DNA from: Lepidodermella squamata
Lineage: Eukaryota; Animalia; Gastrotricha
Direction: 5' to 3'
NCBI GenBank assembly: GCA_047495785.1
Contig: JBLDXI010000028.1
Span: forward strand, 682,001-746,000
DNA length: 64,000 nt
The notes below the pieces were generated by a model. That model was given only the letters and a program-made list of their open reading frames with translations, was not told where the DNA came from and did not search any database. The position numbers were made by a program, and so were the translations under genes. Positions 39,052-53,000 of the stretch are shown here, one piece after another. How positions within the stretch are numbered: position 1 is the first letter of the stretch; each line of letters begins with the position of its first letter.

Positions 39052-41659
39052 AATCACACCAAGAAAGACAAAAATTATCACCATTGTTCAACACATTTAT
39101 ATACATATAGGCTATGTTTTCTACTTCTTATACCTACTAAAATTTTACCAGTAAGATGATAGAGAATTGTTTCCTTTCCTGTTATTTGTTGTTGTTGACG
39201 ATTAACATGCAGCTATCATCTACCTCGGCTGTCCTGTAACTTCAATAATAGTCACGAGCGCTGCCTTTCAACAAAAAATCCGCGACAAAAAAATAGAAGC
39301 CGAAATGATAGATGATTTCGCTACGTTTATTTTTCTACATTACGAAATGCAACAAAACGAGAAGAAGGAGATGGCTGGAGTAGCTTTTTTTGGTCAAGTA
39401 GGTGCTCACTCTGCGGCGAAATAATCAGTATAAATCAACCTACTACCTGACTGCCCTTTGAAAAGTTTAGCTGGCTGGATTTTCATGATTGCTTTGTAGC
39501 AGGAACAGTTTTACCTCATCATAAATTTTTCTCAACTCGTGTGCGTGTTTTTACCTGTCCGTCTCTGTCTTAGTGCTATTCATAATATTTTTTAACAAGC
39601 TATCAATCACCTCGTATCCGCGTAATTTTTTCTAAATATATAATCGACAGTCTCCTCTTTTCCCGTGTGCGTTTTTTTGTGAGTTTTACACGTACATAAT
39701 CTTCACATTTTACTATCATATAATTGAAGCATTTATACCTGGTTTGAAATTCGAATTATGAAATTTAAAAAAGAAAGAAAGAGATATAACGCCGAGTTTT
39801 TCACCTGTAGCAGCCTTTAGCCTCACGCTCTTGTCTTTACGTCGTCGCATATTACATTACTATACGGTGTTCAATAATTGTGTCTTCTTCTTATTCATTT
39901 CAACTCTCGTTCTCTACTACTTCTTCTTCTTCATCGATTAAAATTTCTTCTCACAAGTTTTCTCGGCCTGTAAAAAAAATAGTAAAAAGCTTGATTTGAT
40001 TTTGATTGATATTTTTGTGTTTTTCACACCTCAGCAGCAGCAGCAGCAGCATCAACACTAAAGTTTTATAAAAATCAACGGAAGAAAGTAAATTGAATAT
40101 CTATATTATATATTAAACGAGGAAGCAAATGAATATATTGATATCTGTGAAAAAGCTATCTAAAATCCAATGTAGGCTGATGCGATTCTTAGCCCGACGT
40201 CTTCTCTACGTGCGATTCTTTACTATCATCGTAAATATGATCAATAATATCTCTCTATCATCGGTAATAATATAAATAAATAAATTTTACTAATTGTTAA
40301 CCTGACATGACTTTGATTTTGAATTCAAATTTTTTATCAATTTCTTTCAGGTGGTTGCCGGCTCCAATGTAGCCAGAATCGATACTATAAATAATAAATA
40401 TTATTAAGTCCCTGGCGAAAATTGTTACCACACGCTTCCCCATTGATGCTCATCTATATTCGGTAGACTCAAGGGAAGGTCAAGAGTAAACAATGACCAG
40501 AGTTGTTTATTGATGCGGGCATCGAAGGCGCCGCACACCACGTATTATATCACCTAACGCAGCTGCTACACGTGCGCAATTGGCTGATTTTTGTGTTCCA
40601 TAGTAATAAACTGTTATTGTTATTGGCGTAAGAGGGGCTTAGCAGAAGCACTCGCCTCAATTACACAAACAGGGTGCGCAAATCCCTAATACAGCCTAGT
40701 CTCTTATTGTGTTATCTGTTCATTCGCTATAGCCGGTACAGCCGCTCTGAGTGCAATTGCTTGACCCTGGAGATGAGCCGGGTCAGCCGGCCAAAAGGGC
40801 AGAACGACTGCTCTTTGTTCGCTTTAATTGCGCCAGGGTAAATAATTAGTAGGTATGCGTGTAAGAAACAAAAGCGGCAATTTTTTCAACACAGTCTCCA
40901 GACATGATGAGGATTTTTTTGCAAAAAATCTATACCTAGGTGTTCAAAAAAAACGCTGGCATTCATCCAATTCACGTTACCATATCACCATGCGCTCAAG
41001 GTGTACTCATGAGCTTGATAAAAAAGTGTAGCATCAAGTTCCTATTTATCGTCACATTGTTGTAGGTTGTAGTGTTGCTTTTGGAATGCCCACCACGCAC
41101 TCAGGATTATCGGTTCATGAATTTAGAATTTATTATTTATAAAATAAAAGTGACGGCTATAGCAAATAGAGGCTTTCTGTAAAATCTTGAACGCCCAACA
41201 ATTCCTGCATCGCTTCGATGTCTCTCGTCTATCACGATGTTACACGAGAAGTTATGTAGTAATGTGAGAAGAATTGACGTGAACTGTGACGACGGCGACC
41301 TAGTAGCATTAATCTAATTGAATATATTGCACGATGTCTATGCTGGTCGCCTCCAAAACAGAATTCGTGTTGGCGGTTAAATCTAGGGGTTTGGTTCTTG
41401 AAGCTCCAAATGTTGGTTGCCTTGAAAATAAAAATTATCGACTTGAAATATCGAAGAAAAATAATTTAAATTCCGATGCCAGAACCCTAGACAGACCCGA
41501 GCCCCGAGCCCTGATCTCTGACTTTCATTTCAAAACAAATTTCATCAATCGAATTATTCAAGAAAACCAGAATATTCCGAGTAATTTTCCGCTAAAAATG
41601 CACTATGCATAGTAATAATATTTCAATATATCAGTACAGGCCTTACTATTATATATGCA

Positions 41660-41732
41660 GGTTCGGTGGTGTAGTGGTTATCACATCTGCCTAACACGCA
41701 GAAGGTCGCCGGTTCAATCCCGGCCCGAATCA
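41660..41732 (+). tRNA. tRNA-Val (anticodon AAC)
   Basis: 73 nt; acceptor stem GGTTCGG/CCGAATC plus A; anticodon arm TCTGC-CTAACAC-GCAGA; T-arm CCGG-TTCAATC-CCGG; a T-run Pol III terminator follows. Confidence 0.96.
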
Positions 41733-41848
41733 GCTGAATTTTTCCTCTTTTTTTATTTGTTTTATTATTTTTATATCAATTTCATAATTATTGACCCGAG
41801 CATAAGAGAAGCGAGGGGTGGTAGAAGTGATTCAATGATTTTTTTTCG

Positions 41849-42477
41849 ATTCAGACCCGGGACAAGGCGCAGCCTTCTAGCCGTTTTGCCTGCCTAGGGC
41901 GCCCGCGGGTAGAAAAATTGTGTCGCGCCTCACCATGTGACAAGGACACGATCTTGCGTATTGAATTTAAATTATTCATCAACTATTTTCCCAAAATACC
42001 CAATTCTAGCATCAATCGGTCATTCATCATCAATCTCATCTGCATATGCTAACGTTTTATTATCAGCCATTTTTTTCTACAAAAATGCGCTGTGTGGAAA
42101 TATCAAAAAATTAATAATAGGTTCCAACAATGGAACTTGGGTTTCAGAATCATTTTGCAATACGAATGGAATTAGCCCATTTTAATAATTCGAATAAAAA
42201 TCGATGGCGACTTTTTTCATCATTTTTCAATATAGTTCTTTGCACCGCCAGCGACTTTTTTTGCGCCGCATAATGTGAATATGCAAATATGCCCCATAAC
42301 GTTAAAATTATTCGATGGAGAATGCGACTGTTTCGACAAAGCAATGTGACAGTAATTAAATTCAATTCGCAAGATCGCGACCCCGCCATATGGTCGGGCG
42401 CGACACAATTTATCTACCCGTGGGCGCCTTAGGCAGGCAAAACGGCTGGAAGGCTGCGCCTTGTCCCGGGTCTGAAT
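41849..42477. mobile_element. Non-autonomous DNA transposon (MITE) with ~90-125 bp imperfect terminal inverted repeats
   Basis: ATTCAGACCCGGGACAAGGCGCAGCCTTC... at 41849 is the reverse complement of ...GAAGGCTGCGCCTTGTCCCGGGTCTGAAT ending at 42477; no clear target-site duplication. Confidence 0.85.
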
Positions 42478-43750
42478 TGCAAGTAAAATCAACAGGTCCT
42501 TTGCCTATGCCTGAAACCGCGAGAAATAAAAAAACCTGTGTACATGAGGTAAAGATTTTACTCGAATTGTCACATCGTTGAATTCTCTATGAACAAAATT
42601 GAATAAAAATTGCCAGTTTAGATGACATACTTGCATGCCAGTGGAGTAAAATTCAAGTAGAATCCAATAAAATGTCACCAAACCCAAACATCAGCTACTG
42701 ATGAAGCTGCAGGTTGCAGGTTTCTTCCGGTTTTTTCGCGTATAATGCCGATTAATGCAGACTGTTTTCGAGAATGAACACGGAAGCCGAAAAATTTAGA
42801 TAGCTTTAATTTGTCCTTTAAATTTTGCCGGATTGAAACATTCGCCGTACTTCTCATGATAATAACAGTTACAAAATATCTTTTTTGACTTAATAAAACT
42901 TTATTCTGATGCCTACCCCCTTACATTTAATTTGCTAAAATCAAAGGGACCATAGCGAGCGAAACCAGAAAATGCCCAAGTGACTTTGCTTTATTATTAG
43001 CTAGTCGGTTACCCAAGTTTTAGCTTAGAATAAGGTTATATTTGTGGAATTTAGCATGCGATGCCGACCCCGACCAACAGATAAACGGGGTTCGAGGATA
43101 ATTTAGAGGGACATTTTTCACTACAAATATTTTGTGATCAGCAAAATTCAACGTCGAATTATAACGAACTTATTTAAAAAAAATCCACTGCCTTGCGGGT
43201 GCTCTTACGGGTTCATTCATTTCAATTGATGACAATATCTAACGAGGTCAAATTTTAGGCACTCATCAAAGAACTCGTTGTTTTCATAGGGAACTCCACT
43301 TTCCAGCATACCTTGCATCCGCGTTTGCTCGCAAGGGCTCGAATACGCTACGTACGCCCGGGAGTGAGGGAAAATGGTTCATCTCAGTCTCGCGAATACT
43401 AATCATTTGGATTTTCTCTTCCACAAAAAGTGCCGAAGTACTCAATGGCATCTTGTAGAGACACAGGAGCAGTAATATTTTCAACTGAGAAATTTTCACT
43501 CGGAGACTGACAAGACGGCTGAGGGTTAAATGTTAAAGCCGAAATAAATTTGCTGGCAACAAAATTTACCCAATACGTTCGTAATCAACTTCGGTTATAG
43601 CTAATATGATATGAATAGCAAAACAAAGGCAAACATGTATGCACCTTCTCTTTCTTTTTATTCATAGTCACCAACTTAAAATGAGCACAAAGCAATGCAC
43701 ATCTCTCCTTCGGAATTTGATGATAAATCTTTAGTAGACGCCTAAACAGC

Positions 43751-44464
43751 TCATTTGCCGGGCAGGATGATACCGTCATACTAAAGAAAGATAACATGTA
43801 AATCATAATTAATTGAATAAACTGATGAGCAAACCTTCTGTTGGAACCACTTCATGGCTTCTTCTCTGGTCACCCGCTGGCGCTTGCCGATGCAGCCGGG
43901 CTTGGCGCGGCGTTCGTAGACGCGGTGGCCGGCACGGCCAAGGACGACGAAGAAGTTCATACCATAGATACCGATGCTAGGGTCGTACTTGAGGCCCAAG
44001 TCGATATGTTCCTGGATACCGAAACCGAAGTTTCCTTCTTGCGAGAAGTTGCGCTTAATCAACTCGTATTCCTTGACCTTGAGACCCTTGTCGAGGATCT
44101 CGTCGGCCTTCTCGCCGCGGACGGTCACGTGGCACGCGATCTTTTCGTTACGGCGGATACCGAACGAGCGCACAGTGAAGCGGGCTATAATTATTATATC
44201 GAAATAACTAATTCAGACAGCTATGATTTGATAGATTAACTCACCCTTGGAGAAGACGGGGGTCTGGCCAGTCAGCTGTTCCAACACCTTGGCGGCACGA
44301 GTGAGACGATCGCCAGATTCGCCGACGCAAATGTTGACGCACAGTTTCTCAATGTGAAGATCACGCATCGGGTTGGTCTTGATGCGGTCCTCGCGCTTAA
44401 CGCGCTTGGGCTTAGCGGCAGCCGGGGCAGCGGGGGCCTTCTTTGCGGGTTCCTTACCAACCAT
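43751..44464 (-). CDS. RPL11: 60S ribosomal protein L11 (uL5), three coding exons
   Basis: [43 protein letters not shown] / [19 protein letters not shown]...YDPSIGIYG...AMKWFQQK / YDGIILPGK*. Confidence 0.97.
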
Positions 44465-45338
44465 TGCGGCTTATGTATTATATAGCCACTATAAAAATGC
44501 GGAATATAATACTTGACAATTAACAAAATGAAAAATTGAGTGACCATGGCCTGCAAAATCAGAAGATCTTGGAGTTAACAGGGTTAGCGAAGATTAAAGT
44601 CTTCGACACCATAAATTGTAATATTAGCACATCCTCGCACTTTGCACAAAGAAAAGTCACGATTGTATGGGATACATCCAACAAAGTAAGATCTCTCGCA
44701 AGCCTATGGCTAAGTAAAGTAAATATTTTCGGTGATTAAAGATTTTTGCACTTTGTCTGTTTTCACTCATCAGCGAGATCCAATCTTCATAGGCTGAAAG
44801 CCTCGGTTGAAGTAACCAATAATCAATATAAACCTAGTCAGCATAACTTGTGACTGGTGGATGCAAGTCCAAACAACTCCAACTTCAACTTCGGTCAACT
44901 TCAGCACCACTTACAAATAAACAAAAATGTCCAGAGCGTTAGTTAACCCTATTGCCTAGAACCAAACAAGCACTTCATCGCAAATAAAGTAAATTAGTTC
45001 AGATTAGCGAGTCAGTTCGATCCCACGCAGTCAGGTTCATCTTGAAGCGATCACAAGCTCAGTAAACCTCAAGGTCATTTCTTTATTAGCAACATGCGAC
45101 AAGAAAAAGCAAACGTCGCCTGCACTTAGCCGCACCTCCGACGCAGAACGGATACTTCAGCGTAGCACCGTGGAAAAGCGTCAGACGCATTCGGCAGGCG
45201 AAGATTTCCAGCGTTGGTCAAGTCTTCGAGACCCACGAGGTTGAGCGCCTGACTGTTTCAAGATTATCAACTTTAATAAAAATTAATAATTGCCAGAATT
45301 TTTCTAAATAAAATTTAATTAAAAATACGAAAATTAAT

Positions 45339-45352
45339 GTTTCCACGGATAC
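45339..45352. promoter_or_regulatory. Candidate RFX X-box
   Basis: GTTTCCACGGATAC (reverse complement GTATCC-GT-GGAAAC) fits the GTHNYY-N2-RRNAAC imperfect palindrome, ~170 bp upstream of the ATG at 45524. Confidence 0.45.
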
Positions 45353-45523
45353 ATTATTTCGGCATGACCCTTGCGCGATTTAGGGCTTGAGCGAGATTGA
45401 GCGGCAGCCGTTACACAAACGAATTCATTCAGCTTGCAGCTCCAAGTGATTTGCCGGAAGCTGAATTTTAATTGCGCTGATTTGCTTTTAATCTAAACTT
45501 GGCTCTAATTCAAGTTAACTGTA

Positions 45524-46543
45524 ATGGATTACATGTAAGTCTGAGTTGAATACTTACTGAGTTGAATCTGAGTTGACTGATGGGTAAGTCATTCCCCATC
45601 TTCGAAGGTTGTGAATGACTGAAAATATTTTGCTACTATTCCACATTGTTTGTGCATTTCGGCTTTGTAAGGATTACATAGCTCTTTTCTGTGTTTTCAG
45701 ATCATCACAAAGCTGGAATACAACTTTGCCGGGCAATATTTGTTTGAATGAAACCATCAATCGGAGAGAGAGCAAACTTACGCCATTGTACAAAGATAGA
45801 AAGAATAATTATGAGCAAGGCACCGGCAAAACCGTTTTGTTCCCGGGGCACGGTTATTATGTCCCATCTGATAAAAGCTGGATGAAACTTCACGAAAGGC
45901 GGTTTATACCTCCTTGCAACAGGCCTGATGCGATAGAGTTTGATAGCGAAGAAAAATTCTTGGATTACGTCAAGAAGCGTGACCGAACTGATGGTAATTT
46001 CGGAGGTTATCGTGAAAGATTATATTCGGAATTTTTCTTAAAATAGATTGGCGGTTCACCGGCCCACCTCGTCCTAACCATTTCAACGATCCTCATCCAG
46101 GATTTTCAGGACTTCCTGCTTTGAAACTCAACGGTTACGCATTCAATCCTTACAATCTTCACAAATCTGGTTCGAAACCCGGTGTTTACGAATCGAGCCA
46201 GATTGAATTGACCCGGTCGGCGTGTGCTCGATTTCCGATGTGGCGACAACCTCGAGGCTATTATGGCTATGTAAGATTTAGTTTTTATTTGCCATTTCAT
46301 TGCATGAATTGAGCTCTTCCACAGTACCATGAGCAACTAGACACGCGGAAGTGCGTTCCTGATGGGATCCACGGCTGCAAAACTGGCGAGCTCCCTTACG
46401 AGCCGTATGTTCTGCGCAATGACGAAGATCTCCTAAAAGCCGAATACTGTTGCACCCATCCAACATTCGACTGTGATATTTCTTCTATGAAGCAAACCCC
46501 TCGAGAAAATAACGCCCCGATGCCTGTGCCCAAATCGAAGTAG
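45524..46543 (+). CDS. Uncharacterised ~250-aa Pro/Tyr/Gly-rich protein; exons 45524-45534, 45701-45993, 46047-46270, 46325-46543
   Basis: Four exons join in frame through GT-AG introns (MDYI SSQSW...RDRTD DWRF...YYGY YHEQ...PKSK*); no domain recognised. Confidence 0.7.
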
Positions 46544-47031
46544 GCGATATTGACTGGAACTGTAGCATTGAAATTTTTCCACTTATAGCCCTTTAAACAG
46601 CACAATTTGATGCGAGGTTTATTGTAGATTTGTATGAATTCCTTCTTCTTTCACTTTATTTTATCAAAAACTGCGATTAATTTGTTAATTTGATTTTCTT
46701 TCGAAAAACCTATTTTGTGAATACGATCAAAATACGCATCCTTGAATGAACCAGCATTCTTTATTTTTTCTCTCATATGGAATGCGGATATTTTTTTCAA
46801 GACATTTTTTAAACAACCGCGTGGAGGCTAGTCCAGAAAAAAGGAAAAATAAGAAGTATCTGTCTTATAATAATAATTCATCATCTTCAATAATAACTGT
46901 AATAAAATTGTTGATTGACTGAATCACTGATTTGTATTGAAGCAGCGCCGAGAAATCGAAGTTGAAGTGACACAAAAAATCACGAAAATGATTATTTGGC
47001 GAATTTCCAATGATATACTGATCTTAGAAAG

Positions 47032-50000
47032 TCAAAATGGAGCATCCAGCTGCATGCAGGTACAGTGACAGCCGACAACCGGGCAGTAGATGTACTGGTT
47101 GAACCATTGCAGCAGATGATGAGCATGACCGCCATGACGGCACGACTGGCACCATGTGATCCAACCGTCATCGCCCACTCGCGCCAAACACACGGCACAA
47201 CGCGGCAGGGGACGCTTGCACGACTGACAATAAATTGGCTGAAAAAGAGGAAAACACGGTTAACCACTTACAAAACCGGATCGGTTATTGTTGAAAAACT
47301 ATAAATAGAGGCCAAATTTGCCCAATTAGCGAGACATACAAATTCAACTGAAAACGAAGCTAAAAACTCACCAAAACCCGTTGCATTCCAGCGAGCGGAA
47401 CGCTTTGAACAACCGCCTTTTCGCAGTAAGAGCACCCAAGCGAGACGGTGGGCCGCGGTTTGCCAACCGGAACGCCCAGCGCCCGTCGGAAATCGTCGAA
47501 AGCCGCCCGTTGCCTGAACAGCCTGAACCTATTGAGCAGTTGCCGGTACGTCTCAGTCCACGCGTCGACCTCAGACGGCGGCTTGCGACCGTTACCAAAC
47601 GCATGCGCACAGGCCAACGCTACAGTCTGAATATCACCCGTAACATTCAAATAATTCTGAAGTAATCGCACGAAATCGGTTGATTCAAGACCCGTGAATA
47701 GCAGGCCAGTCAAACGGCCGCCATTCAAATGCTGCCGTGAGACTACGGTAATGAATTTCGAAAATCGTTCATCTGGCAGGTACATTGCTGCTATGGCGAC
47801 TCTGTCCTCCAGAACTAGACCGTCATCGTAGAGTAAGGAATCGGCTGCGGAGGCGAATCGGCCGAATGTCAACAGCAGCTTTAGGTAGGGTTCGGTGACT
47901 TTTTTCAGGTTCGCCTCGACCATGGCGGGTAGGTTGGATTCGACGGCGAGTACGCCGGGCAGGGCCAAAGCGACAATAGGCAACATGTCGTCGGTCGTAT
48001 TCGCTTGGCTGCTACTCGCATGTGACAGCACTTCGAGAGCTAAAAATATTGAATATTAACAGTTAAATCTAACAGCGGAGGCAATTTAATAGTGAACGCC
48101 GTAATTATGGCAGTTCTTAAATTTTTCCTAATAAGTCATGGATCCCGTATAATAAAACCTTGTTACTTTTAGTGGCTTATTATCTTTTTCGCTCATGGCA
48201 TCCCAAGTGCCTAACTTTGCCCCGAATTCTTGCAAGTGTTGGCAACCTATTCCCTTCAGAATAAGGAAATTTACTCCAAATTGCTCGAGATTATTCGCCC
48301 TATTCTCATTTACGAAACAACCGAGATTACGTCGCAGAGACGACGAAGATCCCGACAAGCCTCCTCGGCCGAGCAACATGCCGCCACCGTTGCCCGTTGC
48401 GCCCGTCGACTGCAGCCAATGACGCCTCATTCTGCCTCGTGCCTTAATCACAGGCCTATACCGGGTGAAAAGAAGAAGACAGCTAACGCGGAGCCAGTTT
48501 CACCATCTTCGAATGTGGTTATGGCGTCTAGAGCTTCATCATCTTCCTCCGTTGTGTCTTGCTACTTGCTACGACGACTACTCTGGAGCGGCCATTGCCG
48601 ATTCCGAGTTGGCGTTATTTGCAGACTCCAAAAGCCCACTTACTGGTCTACCAGGGTATGTTCCTACAGGATCTCCTTGCGAGGATGTCAACAGGAGCCA
48701 GCTATCGAAGAAGTTGACTAGCTGATAACGTACCAAATGCTGTTGACTTCGAACAGTGCCTTCTCTCTCATTTCCATGGCTTGCTTCAGTAAACTATCGT
48801 TTTCATCTTTTTCATCATTTTTTTACGAAAACTAAGATCGAGCATAACATCGTGATTTTATATCGATAATTTTACCGATTTGATTTATTGTAACCATTTT
48901 AACCATTTACAATTTCAACGTCGTGTTTGTTTTTGTACTTAGCACGCTCTTCTGCTGTTCTTCTACATTTTATCTCTTAAAAAATTGTACAATGTCGATA
49001 AACGAGGCTGACCTGGCTAAAATTAGCATGCTGATCTCTGACAGTGAAACCCAAACTTAAGTCAATCAACTTTAGTCAATGAACAGGTCGGTCATGTCAA
49101 CTCGAGAAGAAGTCATATTATCATTCCGACGAAATAATCAATCTAAAAATTGAGGTCATAAAGAAGCTGCTTTACAACACATAATTATCTCTCGCGAAGT
49201 CAAGGAAAAGGCAGGTGAAACCAGCCACGGCTCGTCAAGGTCGACATTATCCAGCCAATGTACTAATGCTACGTTGATTCCCACTATATCTCTGACTTGT
49301 ATCAATGACTGACTTATACTGACTTTGCAATTAGAATAGCTTGGAGAACAGTTGTGGTGTCAAAATTTCTGGTACGTCCGAAATTCTGGAAAGATGCTTG
49401 TCTGACTAAATTGACGTGTCACAGCTCTACTAATGGCTTGGAAGGTGGCGCTTGTCAAAAGCGGTTTGCGGTCTATAAATTGCAGTGTTTGGATTATAAT
49501 GAGTACTATGTGGGCATGACCGGTCGGTCTGTGCAAAAGCGAATGAGAGATAACCATCTGGCGAGTATAAATCTATAAGAAAAATGCGACGGGCTACCGC
49601 TATGCTATGTTGTGTCATCCGACAAAATTCTCCACATCTCTTTATTTTAAGGCTATTATCCTCTACGGACCAGTGAATTTCTTTGAACCTAAATCAGCTT
49701 ATGAGCATATTTTTTATAAAAGTCTAAAACCTACTTTAAATACTAAGGGCTAATTTTGCTCCCATTCCCAACTAAGATTCAAATTTGAAAAGCTATCGAC
49801 CCCTTCAAATTTTAAAACATCAGTATCCGAGGTAAAAAATTGATGTGTATACCCTAAAATTCAAACGAAACGATAATATGAGAAGTTTTTCGGTTATCAT
49901 ATAGGGGTTATCGAGGTATAAGTACACTTCATTCAAGTTACATATTTTGGACAAAATAACAATCGAATACAAAATAATATGAAATCCAACTCACCGAGAG

Positions 50001-53000
50001 GCAATTTGAGTAGATACAGAGCGATGGCAGCTGCTCTCGCGGCTTGGCCAGGCAGTTCTGCAATCGCGCGAACGAACGTTTCAATGACAAAGTTATCCGC
50101 CGAGTTGTCTTGCACATTCAACACAGGCCAGCCGCACAGCCGAACGATATCCTGGCGTTCGTGAGCCACGTAGATTTTCGTCGTGAAATCAGTCGATTCC
50201 AACTTAACAGTTTTCTCATCGCGCTGTAACTGCAGCGACGAAGTTCGACCGCGGCTGCTAATGCCACCTGGAACAGCACTCAGCGGCGTTGTAGCCGTCG
50301 ACGCATTCGAAGACGTTCTCGGCGTGCCACAGCTGAAAACTGAGCAAACGCCGCGCAAGTCGATTTTGCCCTCGTTCAACGCAGTTGGCACGACGGAAAG
50401 CCGGTGGCGTTGGTTCAACCAGTTCCAGAAGGGTTTCGCCAGCTGATTCAACGGATGAGCGATTATTTCAGGGCTCATTCTACCTAAAAAAAATCAAATC
50501 AATCGTAAATATGTTTGTTAATTAATCGACCAGATAAAAATATTTCAAGCCGCATATGATTTCATGGAACGCCACGGGCCTAGGGGCTCGATAAGTCGTT
50601 CGGTGACCGATTAACGCCGGGCGTCAGCAGGGCAATTAGCAACCCGGTTAACATCAGCCATCAGCCATTAGAAAACGATGAAAGTGATTAGCACTAAATA
50701 CTGCAATCAAATGCGACCATAATCGCAATTTTTTCGACCCTTGCGCCATCTGAACGGCACTCAAGGCGAATTTCGAAAGGACCTCGACGGTCAACAAGAC
50801 GAGGCTCCTGTATCGATTTCACGCGATTTCTATGCCACCAAGATTTTTATTCCATTCTTAATAATCTAGTGTATTTTTACATCTCACTAGCATAAAGAGG
50901 CATGTCCTGTGTCCTCTGTGAGAATTTCAGACATAGGTATTGGGCGTCCCTGTAGATGTCAAGAACTGTAAGCCGATTTATGTATGTTAACTGAACGCCC
51001 GTTGCCTCGATACTAAATTCGACGTTCTCTTCTTAAGGATCTCAACTTGGACAATGTGCCTCTTATTATTATTGTTACCTCAAAGCCTTGCGAAGATTTT
51101 GATGGGGGTCGTTAAGAATCGGATTCTTCACTGCCGGGATCATTAATCGAACGTCAGCTATGCCACGCTATTGCTGAACAAAGAGATGAATACCGTGGCC
51201 TATGCACTGAATAATAAAATGTTTAGGGCCATGGGCCCATTCAAAAAGGTCCACCACGACCGTGGGACTGAATTTACCGGGATCGTTTTCAAAAAATACA
51301 ACATTGCGGTTGCGAGTCACCGCCGCGAAAACCATGGCAGAATGGTAAAGTTGAACGTGCCAACGCTACTATGGAAAGTCGCTTTTGTGCTCGGGTGATT
51401 GAAACGGAGACCCCTATTGGCTATCGATTCTCCCGAGCACCGTCTTCAAGATGAACTGTGAATGGACTCGAGTTAATGGCCAACCGCCTTTCAGTTTCTA
51501 CTTTGGTCGTCATCCTAGAGGCATGTTCGATGACTCCAACGCCGACGGAAAAGAGCTAAAGGTCGAAGCTAAGGCTAAGCTAATTGCTGAATGTAAAATA
51601 GCGAAAAAGAGCTAAAGAAATGAAAGAATGCACTGAAACGATTGGCTGCTGAAATTTCTAGCTTTTCAGGGGTCCAAAACTTTATACCTACTCTAGATTT
51701 ATACACGACCTCGGCTCACTTACGAAGACTAGCTCTGATCAGACAGAAACCTAGGTTATTCTAACTTATTTTATGCTCGTTTGAACATCATTTTCGGTCT
51801 ATTTTCAAGCCTGTCTCAACCCATTGCGCACGTCAAAAATTCGCTTAATGATTTAAGCAAAAATCATAAGCTACGAGTGCTGGTAGAAAAATTAAGCCTA
51901 GCAGAATTCGAATGTGCCGTCTGCAACGATTTAATTCATCCTGACAACCGTTTCCGCTGCTCCGGGTGTAACGTAGCTGTCCATGGCTATTGTAATGGTT
52001 TCAATGTCTCTCGGCTTTCTTTTTTTCGGATGCCGTTCCCTGCCTGCTGTTAGTACTCAATATCAGAACATCAAAGCTTGGGCCGTGGTATCATCTCCAT
52101 CGACATGTCGATGCTGTGGTAAGCCCGGCCTGGCTAGCAATTTATGCGAATCCTGTGGCTCCGCGAAAAACTTGTCTTTTTCGAAAAATCAAATTGCTAT
52201 TGCGGTAAACCTGTCTTCGCCGCCTGTTTTCCTGTAAAAGATGCAGATCCTGTAACTTTTCAGCACTTCTTTGTTTCGATCACTTTATGAAAAATGTTCA
52301 TCCCAAAAATTTCAAAAATTCAGGTGTGAACCCATACTTTTCTCTCAGAAAGTCTTGGTAGGAAAATTCCTTTATGTGGGTTCTGCTCATCTTATGATAA
52401 TTGCAAATGTATGGATCTTCTCAATCCTGTCTCGATTCTACTACGTCTTCAGCTCTTCTAGAACAGGAGATCAAGCTTCCACTTGTGTCCAATTTCAACA
52501 TTTTCATGTCATCTATCCAGCTTAAAATCGACCATTTATTTACATTTTGAACTACTCACGCAATTCAAACATGTCCGTCGATGCTTTATATAGAAAATGG
52601 CAAAAAATTTACCCCAAGGCGCGACTAGTTTCTGCGCATAGTCGCACTCGAGCCGGTATTTGATCAAATCCGACAGGTCCATGCGCGTAGCCGGGTCGAA
52701 CTGACTCGCGCCAGGCTCGTACTGCACCGATTTCAACGCATTGATATTGCGATTGGCACAAAACAAAATCGTATTATCCGGCAAAATGTGCAGTGTAGTC
52801 GGGTCGGTGAACGTCGACGCGACTAAATGATTGCGCGATATGATGGCTAACAACACATTTTTCGCAGTGCCGTGCCAGGCGAAGGTCGAAATCGCCTGGC
52901 TCGAGTCCAACGTTAACGGAACAGCTCGATCTGCGACGAAAGGCTCAATATCCCCAGCACTTCCAGACCCAGGTTCTTGTCCGTAGAGGTGGAATACCGT

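Noticed and set aside
44755-44775. Minus-strand CTGATGA-GT-GAAA as a hammerhead core
   Set aside because: Only 2 nt lie between the core boxes, so stem II cannot form, and there are no supporting stems.
44540-45260. Possible snoRNA-hosting non-coding exons upstream of RPL11
   Set aside because: Some splice-like signals and CTGA boxes are present, but I found no canonical C box or convincing rRNA antisense element.
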